This document shows, piece after piece, positions 24,721 through 37,240 of a DNA stretch of 64,000 bases. A program made the position numbers and the translations under genes. Under the pieces are notes generated by a model, which made no database searches, was not told the DNA's origin, and saw nothing but the letters and a program-made list of their open reading frames with translations. Each line of letters opens with the position of its first letter. Positions within the stretch are counted from its first letter, which is position 1. The DNA lies in NCBI GenBank assembly GCA_964016885.1, contig OZ024743.1:134664001-134728000 (forward strand), given 5' to 3'. This DNA comes from Eledone cirrhosa (Eukaryota).

Positions 24721-26584
24721 GTGCTTGGTGCTTGGTGTTTGGTGTTTGGTGCTTGGTGCTTGGTGTCTGGTGCTTGGTGCTTGGTGCTTGTTGTTTGGTG
24801 CTTGGTGTTTGGTGCTTGGTGTTTGGTGTTTGGTGCTTGGTGCTTGGTGTTTGGTGCTTGGTGCTTGGTGCTTGGTGCTTGGTGCTTGGTGTTTGGTGTT
24901 TGGTGTTTAGTGCTTGGTGCTTGGTGTTTGGTGTTTGGTGCTTGGTGCTTGGTGCTTGGTGTTTGGTGTTTGGTGCTTGGTGATTCGTGATTGGTGTTTG
25001 ATGTTTGGTGTTTGGTGTTTTGTGATTCGTGATTGGTGTTTGATGTTTGGTGTTTGGTGTTGGGTGTTTGGTGCTTGGGGCTTCGTGTTTGCTCTTTGGT
25101 GCTTGGTGATTGGTGTTTGGTGTTGGGTGCTTGGTGCTTGGTGTTTGGTGCTTGGTGCTTGGTGCTTGGTGCTTGGTGCTTGGTGCTTTGTGTTTATTGC
25201 TTGGTGCTTGGTGCTTGGCGATTGGTGCTTCGTGCTTGGTGTTTGATGTGTGGTGCTTGGTGTTTGGTGTTTGGTATTTGATGCTTGGTGCTTCGTGCTT
25301 GGTGTTTGGTGTTTGGTGCTTGGTTCTTGGTGTTTGGTGCTTGGGATTTGGTGCTTGGTGCTTGGTGTTTGGTGTTTGGTGTTTGGTACTTGGTGCTTGG
25401 TGTTTGGTGTTTGGTGCTTGGTGCTTGGTGTTTGGTGTTTAGTGATTGGTGCTTGGTTCTTGGTGTTTGGTGCTTGGTGCTTGGTGATTGGTGTTTGGTG
25501 CTTGGTGCTTGGTATTTGGTGCTTGGTCTTTGGTGCTTGGTGTTTGGTGCTTGGTGCTTGGTGCTTGGTGTTTGGTGCTTGGTGCTTGGCGTTTGGTGCA
25601 TGGTGCTTGGTGCTTGCTGTTTGGTGCTTGGTGCTTGGTGCTTGGTGTTTGGTGTTTAGTGCTTGGTGCTTGGTGATTGGTGCTTGTTGCTTGGTGCTTG
25701 GTGTTTGGTGCTTGGTGCTTGGTGTTTGGTGTTTGGTGTTTGCTGTTTGCTGTCTGGTGTTTGCTGTTTGGTGTTTGCTGTTTGGTGTTTGCTGTTTGGT
25801 GTTTGCTATTTGGTGTTTGGTGTTTGGTGTTTGCTGTTTGGTGTTTGCTGCTTGGTGTTTGCTGTTTGCTGTTTGTTTGGTGTTTGCTGTTTGGTGTTTG
25901 GTGTTTGGTGTTTGCTGTTTGGTGTTTGGTGTTTGGTGTTTGCTGTTTGGTGTTTGTTGTTTGCTGTTTGGTGTTTTGTGTTTGCTGTTTGGTGTTTGGA
26001 GTTTGCCCTTTGGTGTTTGCTATTTGGCGTTTGGTGTTTGCTGTTTGGTGTTTGGTGTTTGGTGTTTGGTGCTTGGTGCTTTGTTTTTGCTCTTTGGTGC
26101 TTTGTGCTTGGTCTTTGGTGTTTGGTGCTTGGTGCTTGGTGTTTGGTGCTTTGTGCCTGGTGTTTGGTGTTTGGTGTTTGGTCCTTGGTGCTTGGTGCTT
26201 GGTCTCTGGTGCTTGGTGCTTGGTGTTTGGTGTTTGGTGCTTGGTGCTTGGTGTTTGGTGTTTGGTGTTTGGTGCTTGGTGCTTGGTACTTGGTGTTTTG
26301 TGTTTGGTGCTTGGTGCTTGGTGCTTGGTGCTTGGTGTTTGGTGCTTGGTGTTTGGTGTTTAGTGCTTGGTGCTTGGTATTTGGTGTTTGGTGCTTGGTT
26401 CTTGGTGTTTGGTGTTTGGTGCTTGGTGCTTGGTGTTTGGTGTTTGGTGTTTGGTGCTCGGTGCTTGGTGCTTGGTGTTTCGTGCTTGGTGCTTGGTGTT
26501 TGGTCTTTGGTGCTTGGTGCTTGGTGTTTGGTGCTTGGTGCTTGGTGTTTGGTGTTTGGCGTATGGTGTTTGGTGCTTGGTGCT

Positions 26585-29560
26585 TGGTGCTAGGTGTTTG
26601 GTGTTTGGTGTTTGGCGCTTGGTGTTTGGTTTTTGGTGATTTGTGCTTGGTGTTTGGTGTTTGGTGCTTGGTGCTTGGTGTTTGGTGTTTGGTGCTTGGC
26701 GCTTGGTGTTTGGTGTTTGGTGTTTAGTGCTTGGTGCTTGGTTCTTGGTGTTTGGTGCTCGGTGCTTGGTGCTTGGTGTTTGGTGCTTGGTGCTTGGTTC
26801 TGGGTGCTTGGTGCTTGGTGTTTGGTGTTTGGTGCTTGGTGCTTGGTGTTTGGTGCTTGGGACTTGGTGATTGGTGTTTGGTACTTGGTGTTTGGTGCTT
26901 GGTGCTTGGTGCTAGGTGTTTGGTGTTTGGTGCTTGGCGCTTGGTGCTTGGTGTTTGGTGATTGGTGCTTGGTGTTTGGTGTTTGGTGCTTGGTGCTTGG
27001 TGTTTGGTGTTTGGTGCTTGGCGCTTGGTGTTTGGTGTTCGGTGCTTGGCGTTTGCTGTTTGGCGTTTGGGGTTTGGCATTTGCTGCTTGGCGTATGGGG
27101 TTTGGCGTTTTCTTTTTGGCGTTTGCTGTTTGGTGTTTGGTGTTTGGTGTTTGGTGTTTGGTACTTGGTGCTTGGTGTTTGGTGTTTGGTGCTTGGTGCT
27201 TGGTGTTTGGTGTTTGGTGCTTGGCGCTTGGTGTTTGGCGTTTGGCGCTTGGCGTTTGCTGTTTGGCGTTTGGGGTTTGGGGTTTGGCGTTTGCTTTTTG
27301 GCATTTGCTGTTTGGTGTTTGGTGTTTGGTGTTTGGTGTTTAGAGCTTGGTGCTTGGTTCTTGGTGTTTGGTGCTCGGTGCTTGGTGCTTGGTGTTTGGT
27401 GCTTGGTGCTTGGTTCTGGGTGCTTGGTGCTTGGTGTTTGGTGTTTGGTGCTTGGCGCTTGGTGTTTGGTGCTTGGGGCTTGGTGATTGGTGTTTGGTAC
27501 TTGGTGTTTGGTGCTTGGTGCTTGGTGCTAGGTGTTTGGTGTTTGGTGATTGGCGCTTGGTGCTTGGTGTTTGGTGATTGGTGCTTGGTGTTTGGTGTTT
27601 GGTGCTTGGTGCTTGGTGTTTGGTGTTTGGTGCTTGGCGCTTGGTGTTTGGTGTTTGGTGCTTGGCGTTTGCTGTTTGGCGTTTGGGGTTTGGCATTTGC
27701 TGTTTGGCGTATGGGGTTTGGCGTTTGCTTTTTGGCGTTTGCTGTTTGGTGTTTGGTGCTTGGTGTTTGGTGTTTGGTACTTGGTGCTTGGTGTTTGGTG
27801 TTTGGTGCTTGGTGCTTGGTGCTTGGTGTTTGGTGTTTGGTGCTTGGCACTTGGTGTTTGGCATTTGGCGCTTGGCGTTTGCTGTTTGGCGTTTGGGGTT
27901 TGGCATTTGCTGTTTGGCGTTTGGGGTTTGGCGTTTGCTTTTTGGCATTTGCTGTTTGGTGTTTGGTGTTTGGTGTTTGCTGTTTGGTGTTTGCTGTTTG
28001 GTGTTTGCTGTTTGGTGTTTGGTGTTTGGTGTTTGCTGGTTGGTGTTTGGTGTTTGCTGTTTGCTGTTTGGTGTTTGTTGTTTGGTGCTTGGTGCTTGGT
28101 GTTTGGTGCATGGTGCTTGGTGCTTCGTGCTTGGTGTTTGGTGCTTGGTGCTTGGTGTTTGGTGCTTGGGGCTTGGTGCTTGGTGTTTGGTGTTTGGTGT
28201 TTGGTTCTTGGTGCTTGGTGTTTGGTGTTTGGTGCTTGGTGTTTGCTGTTTGGTGCTTGGTGCTTGGTGTTTGGTGCTTGGTGCTTGGTGCTTGGTGCTT
28301 GGTGCTTGGTGCTTGGTGCTTGGTGCTTGGTGCTTGGTGCTTGGTGCTTGGTGCTTGGTGTTTGGTGTTTAGTGCTTGGTGCTTGGTGTTTGGTGTTTGG
28401 TGCTTGGTGCTTGGTGTCTGGTGCTTGGTGCTTGGTGCTTGCTGTTTGGTGCTTGGTGTTTGGTGCTTGGTGTTTGGTGTTTGGTGCTTGGTGCTTGGTG
28501 TTTGGTGCTTGGTGCTTGGTGCTTGGTGCTTGGTGCTTGGTGCTTGGTGTTTGGTGTTTAGTGCTTGGTGCTTGGTGTTTGGTGTTTGGTGCTTGGTGCT
28601 TGGTGCTTGGTGTTTGGTGTTTGGTGCTTGGTGATTCGTGATTGGTGTTTGATGTTTGGTGTTTGGTGTTTTGTGATTCGTGATTGGTGTTTGATGTTTG
28701 GTGTTTGGTGTTGGGTGTTTGGTGCTTGGGGCTTCGTGTTTGCTCTTTGGTGCTTGGTGATTGGTGTTTGGTGTTGGGTGCTTGGTGCTTGGTGTTTGGT
28801 GCTTGGTGCTTGGTGCTTGGTGCTTGGTGCTTGGTGCTTTGTGTTTATTGCTTGGTGCTTGGTGCTTGGCGATTGGTGCTTCGTGCTTGGTGTTTGATGT
28901 GTGGTGCTTGGTGTTTGGTGTTTGGTATTTGATGCTTGGTGCTTCGTGCTTGGTGTTTGGTGTTTGGTGCTTGGTGCTTGGTGTTTGGTGCTTGGGATTT
29001 GGTGCTTGGTGCTTGGTGTTTGGTGTTTGGTGTTTGGTACTTGGTGCTTGGTGTTTGGTGTTTGGTGCTTGGTGCTTGGTGTTTGCTGTTTAGTGATTGG
29101 TGCTTGGTTCTTGGTGTTTGGTGCTTGGTGCTTGGTGATTGGTTTTTGGTGCTTGGTGCTTGGTATTTGGTGCTTGGTCTTTGGTGCTTGGTGTTTGGTG
29201 CTTGGTGCTTGGTGCTTGGTGTTTGGTGCTTGGTGCTTGGCGTTTGGTTCATGGTGCTTGGTGCTTGCTGTTTGGTGCTTGGTGCTTGGTGCTTGGTGTT
29301 TGGTGTTTAGTGCTTGGTGCTTGGTGATTGGTGCTTGTTGCTTGGTGCTTGGTGTTTGGTGCTTGGTGCTTGGTGTTTGGTGTTTGGTGTTTGCTGTCTG
29401 GTGTTTGCTGTTTGGTGTTTGCTGTTTGGTGTTTGCTGTTTGGTGTTTGCTGCTTGGTGTTTGCTGTTTGCTGTTTGTTTGGTGTTTGCTGTTTGGTGTT
29501 TGGTGTTTGGTGTTTGCTGTTTGGTGTTTGGTGTTTGGTGTTTGCTGTTTGGTGTTTGCT
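26585..29560 (+). repeat. ~3.65-kb-offset duplicate of ~22930-25950
   Basis: Offsets are 3658 (22936/26594, 23254/26912, 23682/27340), then 3651 (24725/28376, 24914/28565, 25663/29314). Confidence 0.8.
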
Positions 29561-32500
29561 GTTTACTGTTTGGTGTTTGGTGTTTGGTGTTTGGTGATTG
29601 GTGTTTGCTGTTTGGTGTTTGGTGTTTGGTGATTGGTGTTTGCTGTTTGGTGTTTGGTGCTTGGTGTTTGGTGTTTGGTGATTGGTGCTTGGTGTTTCGT
29701 GCTTGGTGCTTGGTGCTTGGTGTTTGGCGCTTGGTGCTTGGTGTTTGGTGTTTGGTGCTTGGTGTTTGGTGCTTGGTGCTTGGTGTTTTGTGCTTGGTGC
29801 TTCGTGCTTGGTGTTTGGTGTTTGGTGCTTGGTGTTTGGTGTTTGCTGTTTGGTGTTTGCTGTTTGGTGTTCGCTGTTTGGTGTTTGGTGTTTGCTGTTT
29901 GGAGTTTGGTGTTTGCGGTTTGGTGTTTGCTATTTGGTGTTTGTGTTTGGCGTTTGATGTTTGGCGTTTGTTGTTTGTTGTTTGCTATTTGGTGTTTGAT
30001 GTTTGGTGTTTGGTGTTTGGTGTTTGCTGTTTGATGTTTGGTGATTGGTGTTTGATGTTTGGTGTTTGGTGCTTGGTGCTTGGTGCTTGGTGCTTAGTGT
30101 TTTATATTTAGCGCTTGGTGCTTGGTGTTTTGTGCTTGGTGCTTGGTGCTTGGTGTCTGGAGTTTGGTGCTTGGTGTTTGGTGTTTGGTGTTTGCTGTTT
30201 GCTGTTTGCTGTTTGGTGTTTGCTGTTTGGAGTTCGCTGTTTGGTGTTTGCTGTTTGGTGTTTGGTGTTTGCGGTTTGGTGTTTGCTATTTGGCGTTTGG
30301 TGTTTGGCGTTTGATGTTTGGCGTTTGTTGTTTGTTGTTTGCTGTTTGGTGTTTGATGTTTGGTGTTTGGTGTTTGGTGTTTGCTGTTTGATGTTTGGTG
30401 ATTGCTGTTTGATGTTTGGTGTTTGGTGCTTGGTGCTTGGTGTTTTGTGCTTGGTGTTTGGTGCTTGGGGTTTGGTGCTTGGTGTTTTTTTTTTTTTGGT
30501 GCTTGGAGCTTGGTGTTTGGTGTTTGGTGCTTGGTGCTTGGTGTTTGGTGCTTGGTGCTTGGTGTTGGTGTTTGGTGCTTGGTGCTTGATGCTTGGTGTT
30601 TGGTGTTTGCTGTTTGCTGTTTGCTGTTTGCTGTTTGCTGTTTGTTGTTTGCTGTTTGGTGTTTTGTGTTTGCTGTTTGGTGTTTGGAGTTTGCCCTTTG
30701 GTGTTTGCTATTTGGCGTTTGGTGTTTGCTGTTTGGTGTTTGGTGTTTGGTGTTTGGTGCTTGGTGCTTTGTTTTTGCTCTTTGGTGCTTTGTGCTTGGT
30801 CTTTGGTGTTTGGTGCTTGGTGCTTGGTGTTTGGTGCTTTGTGCCTGGTGTTTGGTGTTTGGTGTTTGGTCCTTGGTGCTTGGTGCTTGGTCTCTGGTGC
30901 TTGGTGCTTGGTGTTTGGTGTTTGGTGCTTGGTGCTTGGTGTTTGGTGTTTGGTGTTTGGTGCTTGGTGCTTGGTACTTGGTGTTTTGTGTTTGGTGCTT
31001 GGTGCTTGGTGCTTGGTGCTTGGTGTTTGGTGCTTGGTGTTTGGTGTTTAGTGCTTGGTGCTTGGTATTTGGTGTTTGGTGCTTGGTTCTTGGTGTTTGG
31101 TGTTTGGTGCTTGGTGCTTGGTGTTTGGTGTTTGGTGTTTGGTGCTCGGTGCTTGGTGCTTGGTGTTTCGTGCTTGGTGCTTGGTGTTTGGTCTTTGGTG
31201 CTTGGTGCTTGGTGTTTGGTGCTTGGTGCTTGGTGTTTGGTGTTTGGCGTATGGTGTTTGGTGCTTGGTGCTTGGTGTTTGGTGTTTGCTGTTTGGTGTT
31301 TGCTGTTTGGTGTTTGCTGTTTGGTGTTTGCTGTTTGGTGCTTGGTGCTTGGTGTTTGGTGCATGGTGCTTGGTGCTTGGTGCTTGGTGTTTGGTGCTTG
31401 GTGCTTGGTGTTTGGTGCTTGGGGCTTGGTGCTTGGTGTTTGGTGCTTGGTGTTTGGTGTTTGTTGCTTGGTGCTTGGTGCTTGGTGTTTTGTGCTTGGA
31501 GCCTGGTGTTTGGTGTTTGGTGCTTGGTGCTTGGTGTTTGGTGTTTGGTGCTTGGTGCTTGGTGTTTGGTGTTTGGTACTTGGTGCTTGGTGTTTGGTGT
31601 TTGGTACTTGGTGCTTGGTGTTTGGTGATTGGTGCTTGGTGCTTGGTGTTTGGTGCTTGGTGCTGGGTGTTTGGTGTTTGGTGATTGGTGCTTGGTGTTT
31701 GGTGCTTGGGGTTTGGTGCTTGGTGCTTGGTGATTGGTGTTTGGTGCTTGGTGCTTGGTGTATGGTGTTTGGTGCTTGGAGCTTGGTGTTTGGTGTTTGG
31801 TGCTTGGCGCTTGGTGTTTGGTGCTTGGTGCTTGGTGTTGTTGTTTGGTGCTTGGTGCTTGGTGTTTGGTGCTTGGTGCTTGTTTGCTGTTTGCTGTTTG
31901 GTGTTTGCTGTTTGGTGTTTGCTGTTTGGTGTTTGGTGTTTGGTGTTTGGTGTTTGCTGTTTGGTTCTGGGTGCTTGGTGCTTGGTGTTTGGTCTTTGGT
32001 GCTTGGTGCTTGGTGTTTGGTGCTTGGGGCTTGGTGATTGGTGTTTGGTGCTTGGTGCTTGGTGCTTGGTGCTTGGTGCTTGGTGTTTGGTGCTTGGTGT
32101 TCGGTGCTTGGTGCTTGGTGCTAGGTGTTTGGTGTTTGGTGTTTGGCGCTTGGGGCTTGGTGTTTGGTGATTGGTGCTTGGTGTTTGGTGTTTGGTGCTT
32201 GGTGCTTGGTGTTTGGTGTTTGGTGCTTGGTGTTTAGTGTTTGGTGCTTGGAGCTTGGTGTTTGGTGTTTGGTGCTTGGTGCTTTGTTCTGGGTGCTTGG
32301 TGCTTGGTGTTTGGTGTTTGGTGCTGGGTGCTTGGTGTTTGATGCTTGGGGCTTGGTGATTGGTGTTTGGTGCTTGGTGCTTGGTGCTTGGTGCTTGGTG
32401 CTTGGTGTTTGGTGCTTGGTGTTTGGTGCTTGGTGCTTGGTGCTAGGTGTTTGGTGTTTGGTGTTTGGCGCTTGGTGTTTGGTGTTTGGTGATTTGTGCT

Positions 32501-35109
32501 TGGTGTTTGGTGTTTGGTGCTTGGTGCTTGGTGTTTGGTGTTTGGTGCTTGGCGCTTGGTGTTTGGTGTTTGGTGCTGGGCGTTTGCTGTTTGGCGTTTG
32601 GGGTTTGGCATTTGCTTTTTTGCGTTTGCTGTTTAGTGTTTGGTGCTTGGTGTTTGGTGTTTGGTACTTGGTGCTTGGTGTTTGGTGTTTGGTGCTTGGT
32701 GCTTGGTGTTTGGTGATTGGTGCTTGGTGTTTGGTGCTTGGGATTTGGTGCTTGGTGCTTGGTGTTTGGTGTTTGGAGTTTGCTGTTTGCTGTTTGCTGT
32801 TTGGTGTTTTGTGTTTGCTGTTTGGTGCTTGGAGTTTGCTCTTTGGTTTTTGCTATTTGGTGTTTGGTGTTTGCTGTTTGGTGTTTGGTGTTTGGTGTTT
32901 GGTGTTTGGTGCTTGGTGTTTGGTGTTTGGTGCTTGGTGTTTTGTTTTTGCTCTTTGGTGATTTGGGCTTGGTGTTTGGTGTTTGGTGTTTGGTGCTTGG
33001 TGCTTGGTGCTTTGTGTTTTTGCTTGGTGCTTGGTGATTGGTGCTTGGTGCTTGGTGTTTGGTGTGTGGTACTTGGTGCTTGGTGTTTGGTGCTTGGTGC
33101 TTGGTGCTTGGTGCTTGGTGCTTGGTGTTTGGTGCTTGGTGCTTGGTTCTTGGTGTTCGGTGTTTGGTGATTGGTGCTTGGTGTTTGGTGCTTGGGGTTT
33201 GGTGCTTGGTGCTTGGTTCTTGGTGTTTGGTGTTTGGTGATTGGTGCTTGGTGTTTGGTGCTTGGGGTTTGGTGCTTGGTGCTTGGTGATTGGTGTTTGG
33301 TGCTTGGTGCTTGGTGTTTGGTGTTTGGTGCTTGGAGCTTGGTGTTTGGTGTTTGGTGCTTGGTGCTTGGTGCTTGGTGTTTGGTGTTTGGTGCTTGGAG
33401 CTTGGTGTTTGGTGTTTGGTGCTTGGTGCTTTGTTCTGGGTGCTTGGTGCTTGGTGTTTGGTGTTTGGTGCTGGGTGCTTGGTGTTTGGTGCTTGGGGCT
33501 TGATGATTGGTGTTTGGTGCTTGGTGCTTGGTATTTGGTGCTTGGTCTTTGGTGCTTGGTGTTTGGTGCTTGGTGCTTGGTGCTTGGTGTTTGGTGCTTG
33601 GTGCTTGGCGTTTGGTGCATGGTGCTTGGTGCTTGCTGTTTGGTGCTTGGTGCTTGGTGCTTGGTGTTTGGTGTTTAGTGCTTGGTGCTTGGTGATTGGT
33701 GCTTGTTGCTTGGTGCTTGGTGTTTGGTGCTTGGTGCTTGGTGTTTGGTGTTTGGTGTTTGCTGTTTGCTGTCTGGTGTTTGCTGTTTGGTGTTTGCTGT
33801 TTGGTGTTTGCTGTTTGGTGTTTGCTATTTGGTGTTTGGTGTTTGGTGTTTGCTGTTTGGTGTTTGGTGTTTGCTGTTTGGCGTTTGCTGTTTGGCGTTT
33901 GCTGTTTGGCATCTGGTGGTTGGCGTTTGCTGTTTGGCGTTTGTTGTTTGGTGTTTGGTGTTTGCTGCTTGGTGTTTGCTGTTTGCTGTTTGTTTGGTGT
34001 TTGCTGTTTGGTGTTTGGTGTTTGGTGTTTGCTGTTTGGTGTTTGGTGTTTGGTGTTTGCTGTTTGGTGTTTGGTGTTTACTGTTTGGTGTTTGGTGTTT
34101 GGTGTTTGGTGATTGGTGTTTGCTGTTTGGTGTTTGGTGTTTGGTGATTGGTGTTTGCTGTTTGGTGTTTGGTGCTTGGTGTTTGGTGTTTGGTGATTGG
34201 TGCTTGGTGTTTCGTGCTTGGTGCTTGGTGCTTGGTGTTTGGCGCTTCGTGCTTGGTGTTTGGTGTTTGGTGCTTGGTGTTTGGTGCTTGGTGCTTGGTG
34301 TTTTGTGCTTGGTGCTCCGTGCTTGGTGTTTGGTGTTTGGTGCTTGGTGTTTGGTGTTTGCTGTTTGGTGTTTGCTGTTTGGTGTTCGCTGTTTGGTGTT
34401 TGGTGTTTGCTTTTTGGTGTTTGGTGTTTGCGGTTTGGTGTTTGCTATTTGGTGTTTGTGTTTGGCGTTTGGTGTTTGGTGTTTGCTGTTTGATGTTTGG
34501 TGATTGGTGTTTGATGTTTGGTGTTTGGTGCTTGGTGCTTGGTGCTTGGTGCTTAGTGTTTTATGTTTAGCGCTTGGTGCTTGGTGTTTTGTGCTTGGTG
34601 CTTGGTGCTTGGTGTTTGGAGTTTGGTGCTTGGTGTTTGGTGTTTGGTGTTTGCTGTTTGCTGTTTGCTGTTTGGTGTTTGCTGTTTGGAGTTCGCTGTT
34701 TGGTGTTTGGTGTTTGCTGTTTGGTGTTTGGTGTTTGCGGTTTGGTGTTTGCTATTTGGCGTTTGGTGTTTGGCGTTTGATGTTTGGCGTTTGTTGTTTG
34801 TTGTTTGCTGTTTGGTGTTTGGTGCTTGGTGTTTGGTGTTTGGTGATTGGTGCTTGGTGTTTCGTGCTTGGTGCTTGGTGCTTGGTGTTTGGCGCTTGGT
34901 GCTTGGTGTTTGGTGTTTGGTGCTTGGTGTTTGGTGCTTGGTGCTTGGTGTTTTGTGCTTGGTGCTTCGTGCTTGGTGTTTGGTGTTTGGTGCTTGGTGT
35001 TTGGTGTTTGCTGTTTGGTGTTTGCTGTTTGGTGTTCGCTGTTTGGTGTTTGGTGTTTGCTGTTTGGTGTTTGGTGTTTGCGGTTTGGTGTTTGCTATTT
35101 GGCATTTGG

Positions 35110-37240
35110 TGTTTGGCGTTTGATGTTTGGCGTTTGTTGTTTGTTGTTTGCTGTTTGGTGTTTGATGTTTGGTGTTTGGTGCTTGGTGCTTGGTGTTTTG
35201 TGCTTGGTGTTTGGTGCTTGGGGTTTGGTGCTTGGTGTTTTTTTTTTTTTGGTGCTTGGAGCTTGGTGTTTGGTGTTTGGTGCTTGGTGCATGGTGTTTG
35301 GTGCTTGGTGCTTGGTGTTGGTGTTTGGTGCTTGGTGCTTGGTGCTTGGTGTTTGGTGTTTGCTGTTTGCTGTTTGCTGTTTGCTGTTTGCTGTTTGTTG
35401 TTTGCTGTTTGGTGTTTTGTGTTTGCTGTTTGGTGTTTGGAGTTTGCCCTTTGGTGTTTGCTATTTGGTGTTTGGTGTTTGCTGTTTGGTGTTTGGTGTT
35501 TGGTGTTTGGTGCTTGGTGCTTTGTTTTTGCTCTTTGGTGCTTTGTGCTTGGTCTTTGGTGTTTGGTGCTTGGTGCTTGGTGTTTGGTGCTTTTTGCCTG
35601 GTGTTTGGTGTTTGGTGTTTGGTGCTTGGTGCTTGGTACTTGGTGTTTTGTGTTTGGTGCTTGGTGCTTGGTGCTTGGTGCTTGGTGTTTGGTGCTTGGT
35701 GTTTGGTGTTTAGTGCTTGGTGCTTGGTATTTGGTGTTTGGTGCTTGGTTCTTGGTGTTTGGTGTTTGGTGTTTGGTGCTCGGTGCTTGGTGCTTGGTGT
35801 TTCGTGCTTGGTGCTTGGTGTTTGGTCTTTGGTGCTTGGTGCTTGGTGTTTGGTGCTTGGTGCTTGGTGTTTGGTGTTTGGCGTATGGTGTTTGGTGCTT
35901 GGTGCTTGGTGTTTGGTGTTTGCTGTTTGGTGTTTGCTGTTTGGTGTTTGCTGTTTGGTGTTTGCTGTTTGGTGCTTGGTGCTTGGTGTTTGGTGCATGG
36001 TGCTTGGTGCTTGGTGCTTGGTGTTTGGTGCTTGGTGCTTGGTGTTTGGTGCTTGGGGCTTGGTGCTTGGTGTTTGGTGCTTGGCGTATGGTGTTTGGTG
36101 CTTGGTGTTTGGTGTTTGGTGTTTGCTGTTTGCTGTTTGCTGTTTGGTGTTTGCTGTTTGGAGTTCGCTGTTTGGTGTTTGGTGTTTGCTGTTTGGTGTT
36201 TGGTGTTTGCGGTTTGGTGTTTGCTATTTGGCGTTTGGTGTTTGGCGTTAAGATGTTTGGCGTTTGTTGTTTGTTGTTTGCTGTTTGGTGTTTGATGTTT
36301 GGTGTTTGGTGCTTGGTGCTTGGTGTTTTGTGCTTGGTGTTTGGTGCTTGGGGTTTGGTGCTTGGTGTTTTTTTTTTTTTGGTGCTTGGAGCTTGGTGTT
36401 TGGTGTTTGGTGATTGGTGCTTGGTGTTTGGTGCTTGGTGCTTGGTGTTGGTGTTTGGTGCTTGGTGCTTGGTGCTTGGTGTTTGGTGTTTGCTGTTTGC
36501 TGTTTGCTGTTTGCTGTTTGCTGTTATTTGTTTGCTGTTTGGTGTTTTGTGTTTGCTGTTTGGTGTTTGGAGTTTGCCCTTTGGTGTTTGCTATTTGGTG
36601 TTTGGTGTTTGCTGTTTGGTGTTTGGTGTTTGGTGTTTGGTGCTTGGTGCTTTGTTTTTGCTCTTTGGTGCTTTGTGCTTGGTCTTTGGTGTTTGGTGCT
36701 TGGTGCTTGGTGTTTGGTGCTTTTTGCCTGGTGTTTGGTGTTTGGTGTTTGGTGCTTGGTGCTTGGTACTTGGTGTTTTGTGTTTGGTGCTTGGTGCTTG
36801 GTGCTTGGTGCTTGGTGTTTGGTGCTTGGTGTTTGGTGTTTAGTGCTTGGTGCTTGGTATTTGGTGTTTGGTGCTTGGTTCTTGGTGTTTGGTGTTTGGT
36901 GCTTGGTGCTTGGTGTTTGGTGTTTGGTGTTTGGTGCTCGGTGCTTGGTGCTTGGTGTTTCGTGCTTGGTGCTTGGTGTTTGGTCTTTGGTGCTTGGTGC
37001 TTGGTGTTTGGTGCTTGGTGCTTGGTGTTTGGTGTTTGGCGTATGGTGTTTGGTGCTTGGTGCTTGGTGTTTGGTGTTTGCTGTTTGGTGTTTGCTGTTT
37101 GGTGTTTGCTGTTTGGTGTTTGCTGTTTGGTGCTTGGTGCTTGGTGTTTGGTGCATGGTGCTTGGTGCTTGGTGCTTGGTGTTTGGTGCTTGGTGCTTGG
37201 TGTTTGGTGCTTGGGGCTTGGTGCTTGGTGTTTGGTGCTT
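35110..37240 (+). repeat. 1,130-bp tandem duplication
   Basis: T13 tracts sit at 35238 and 36368, and segments 35169/36299 and 35717/36847 match. All are offset by 1130. Confidence 0.8.
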
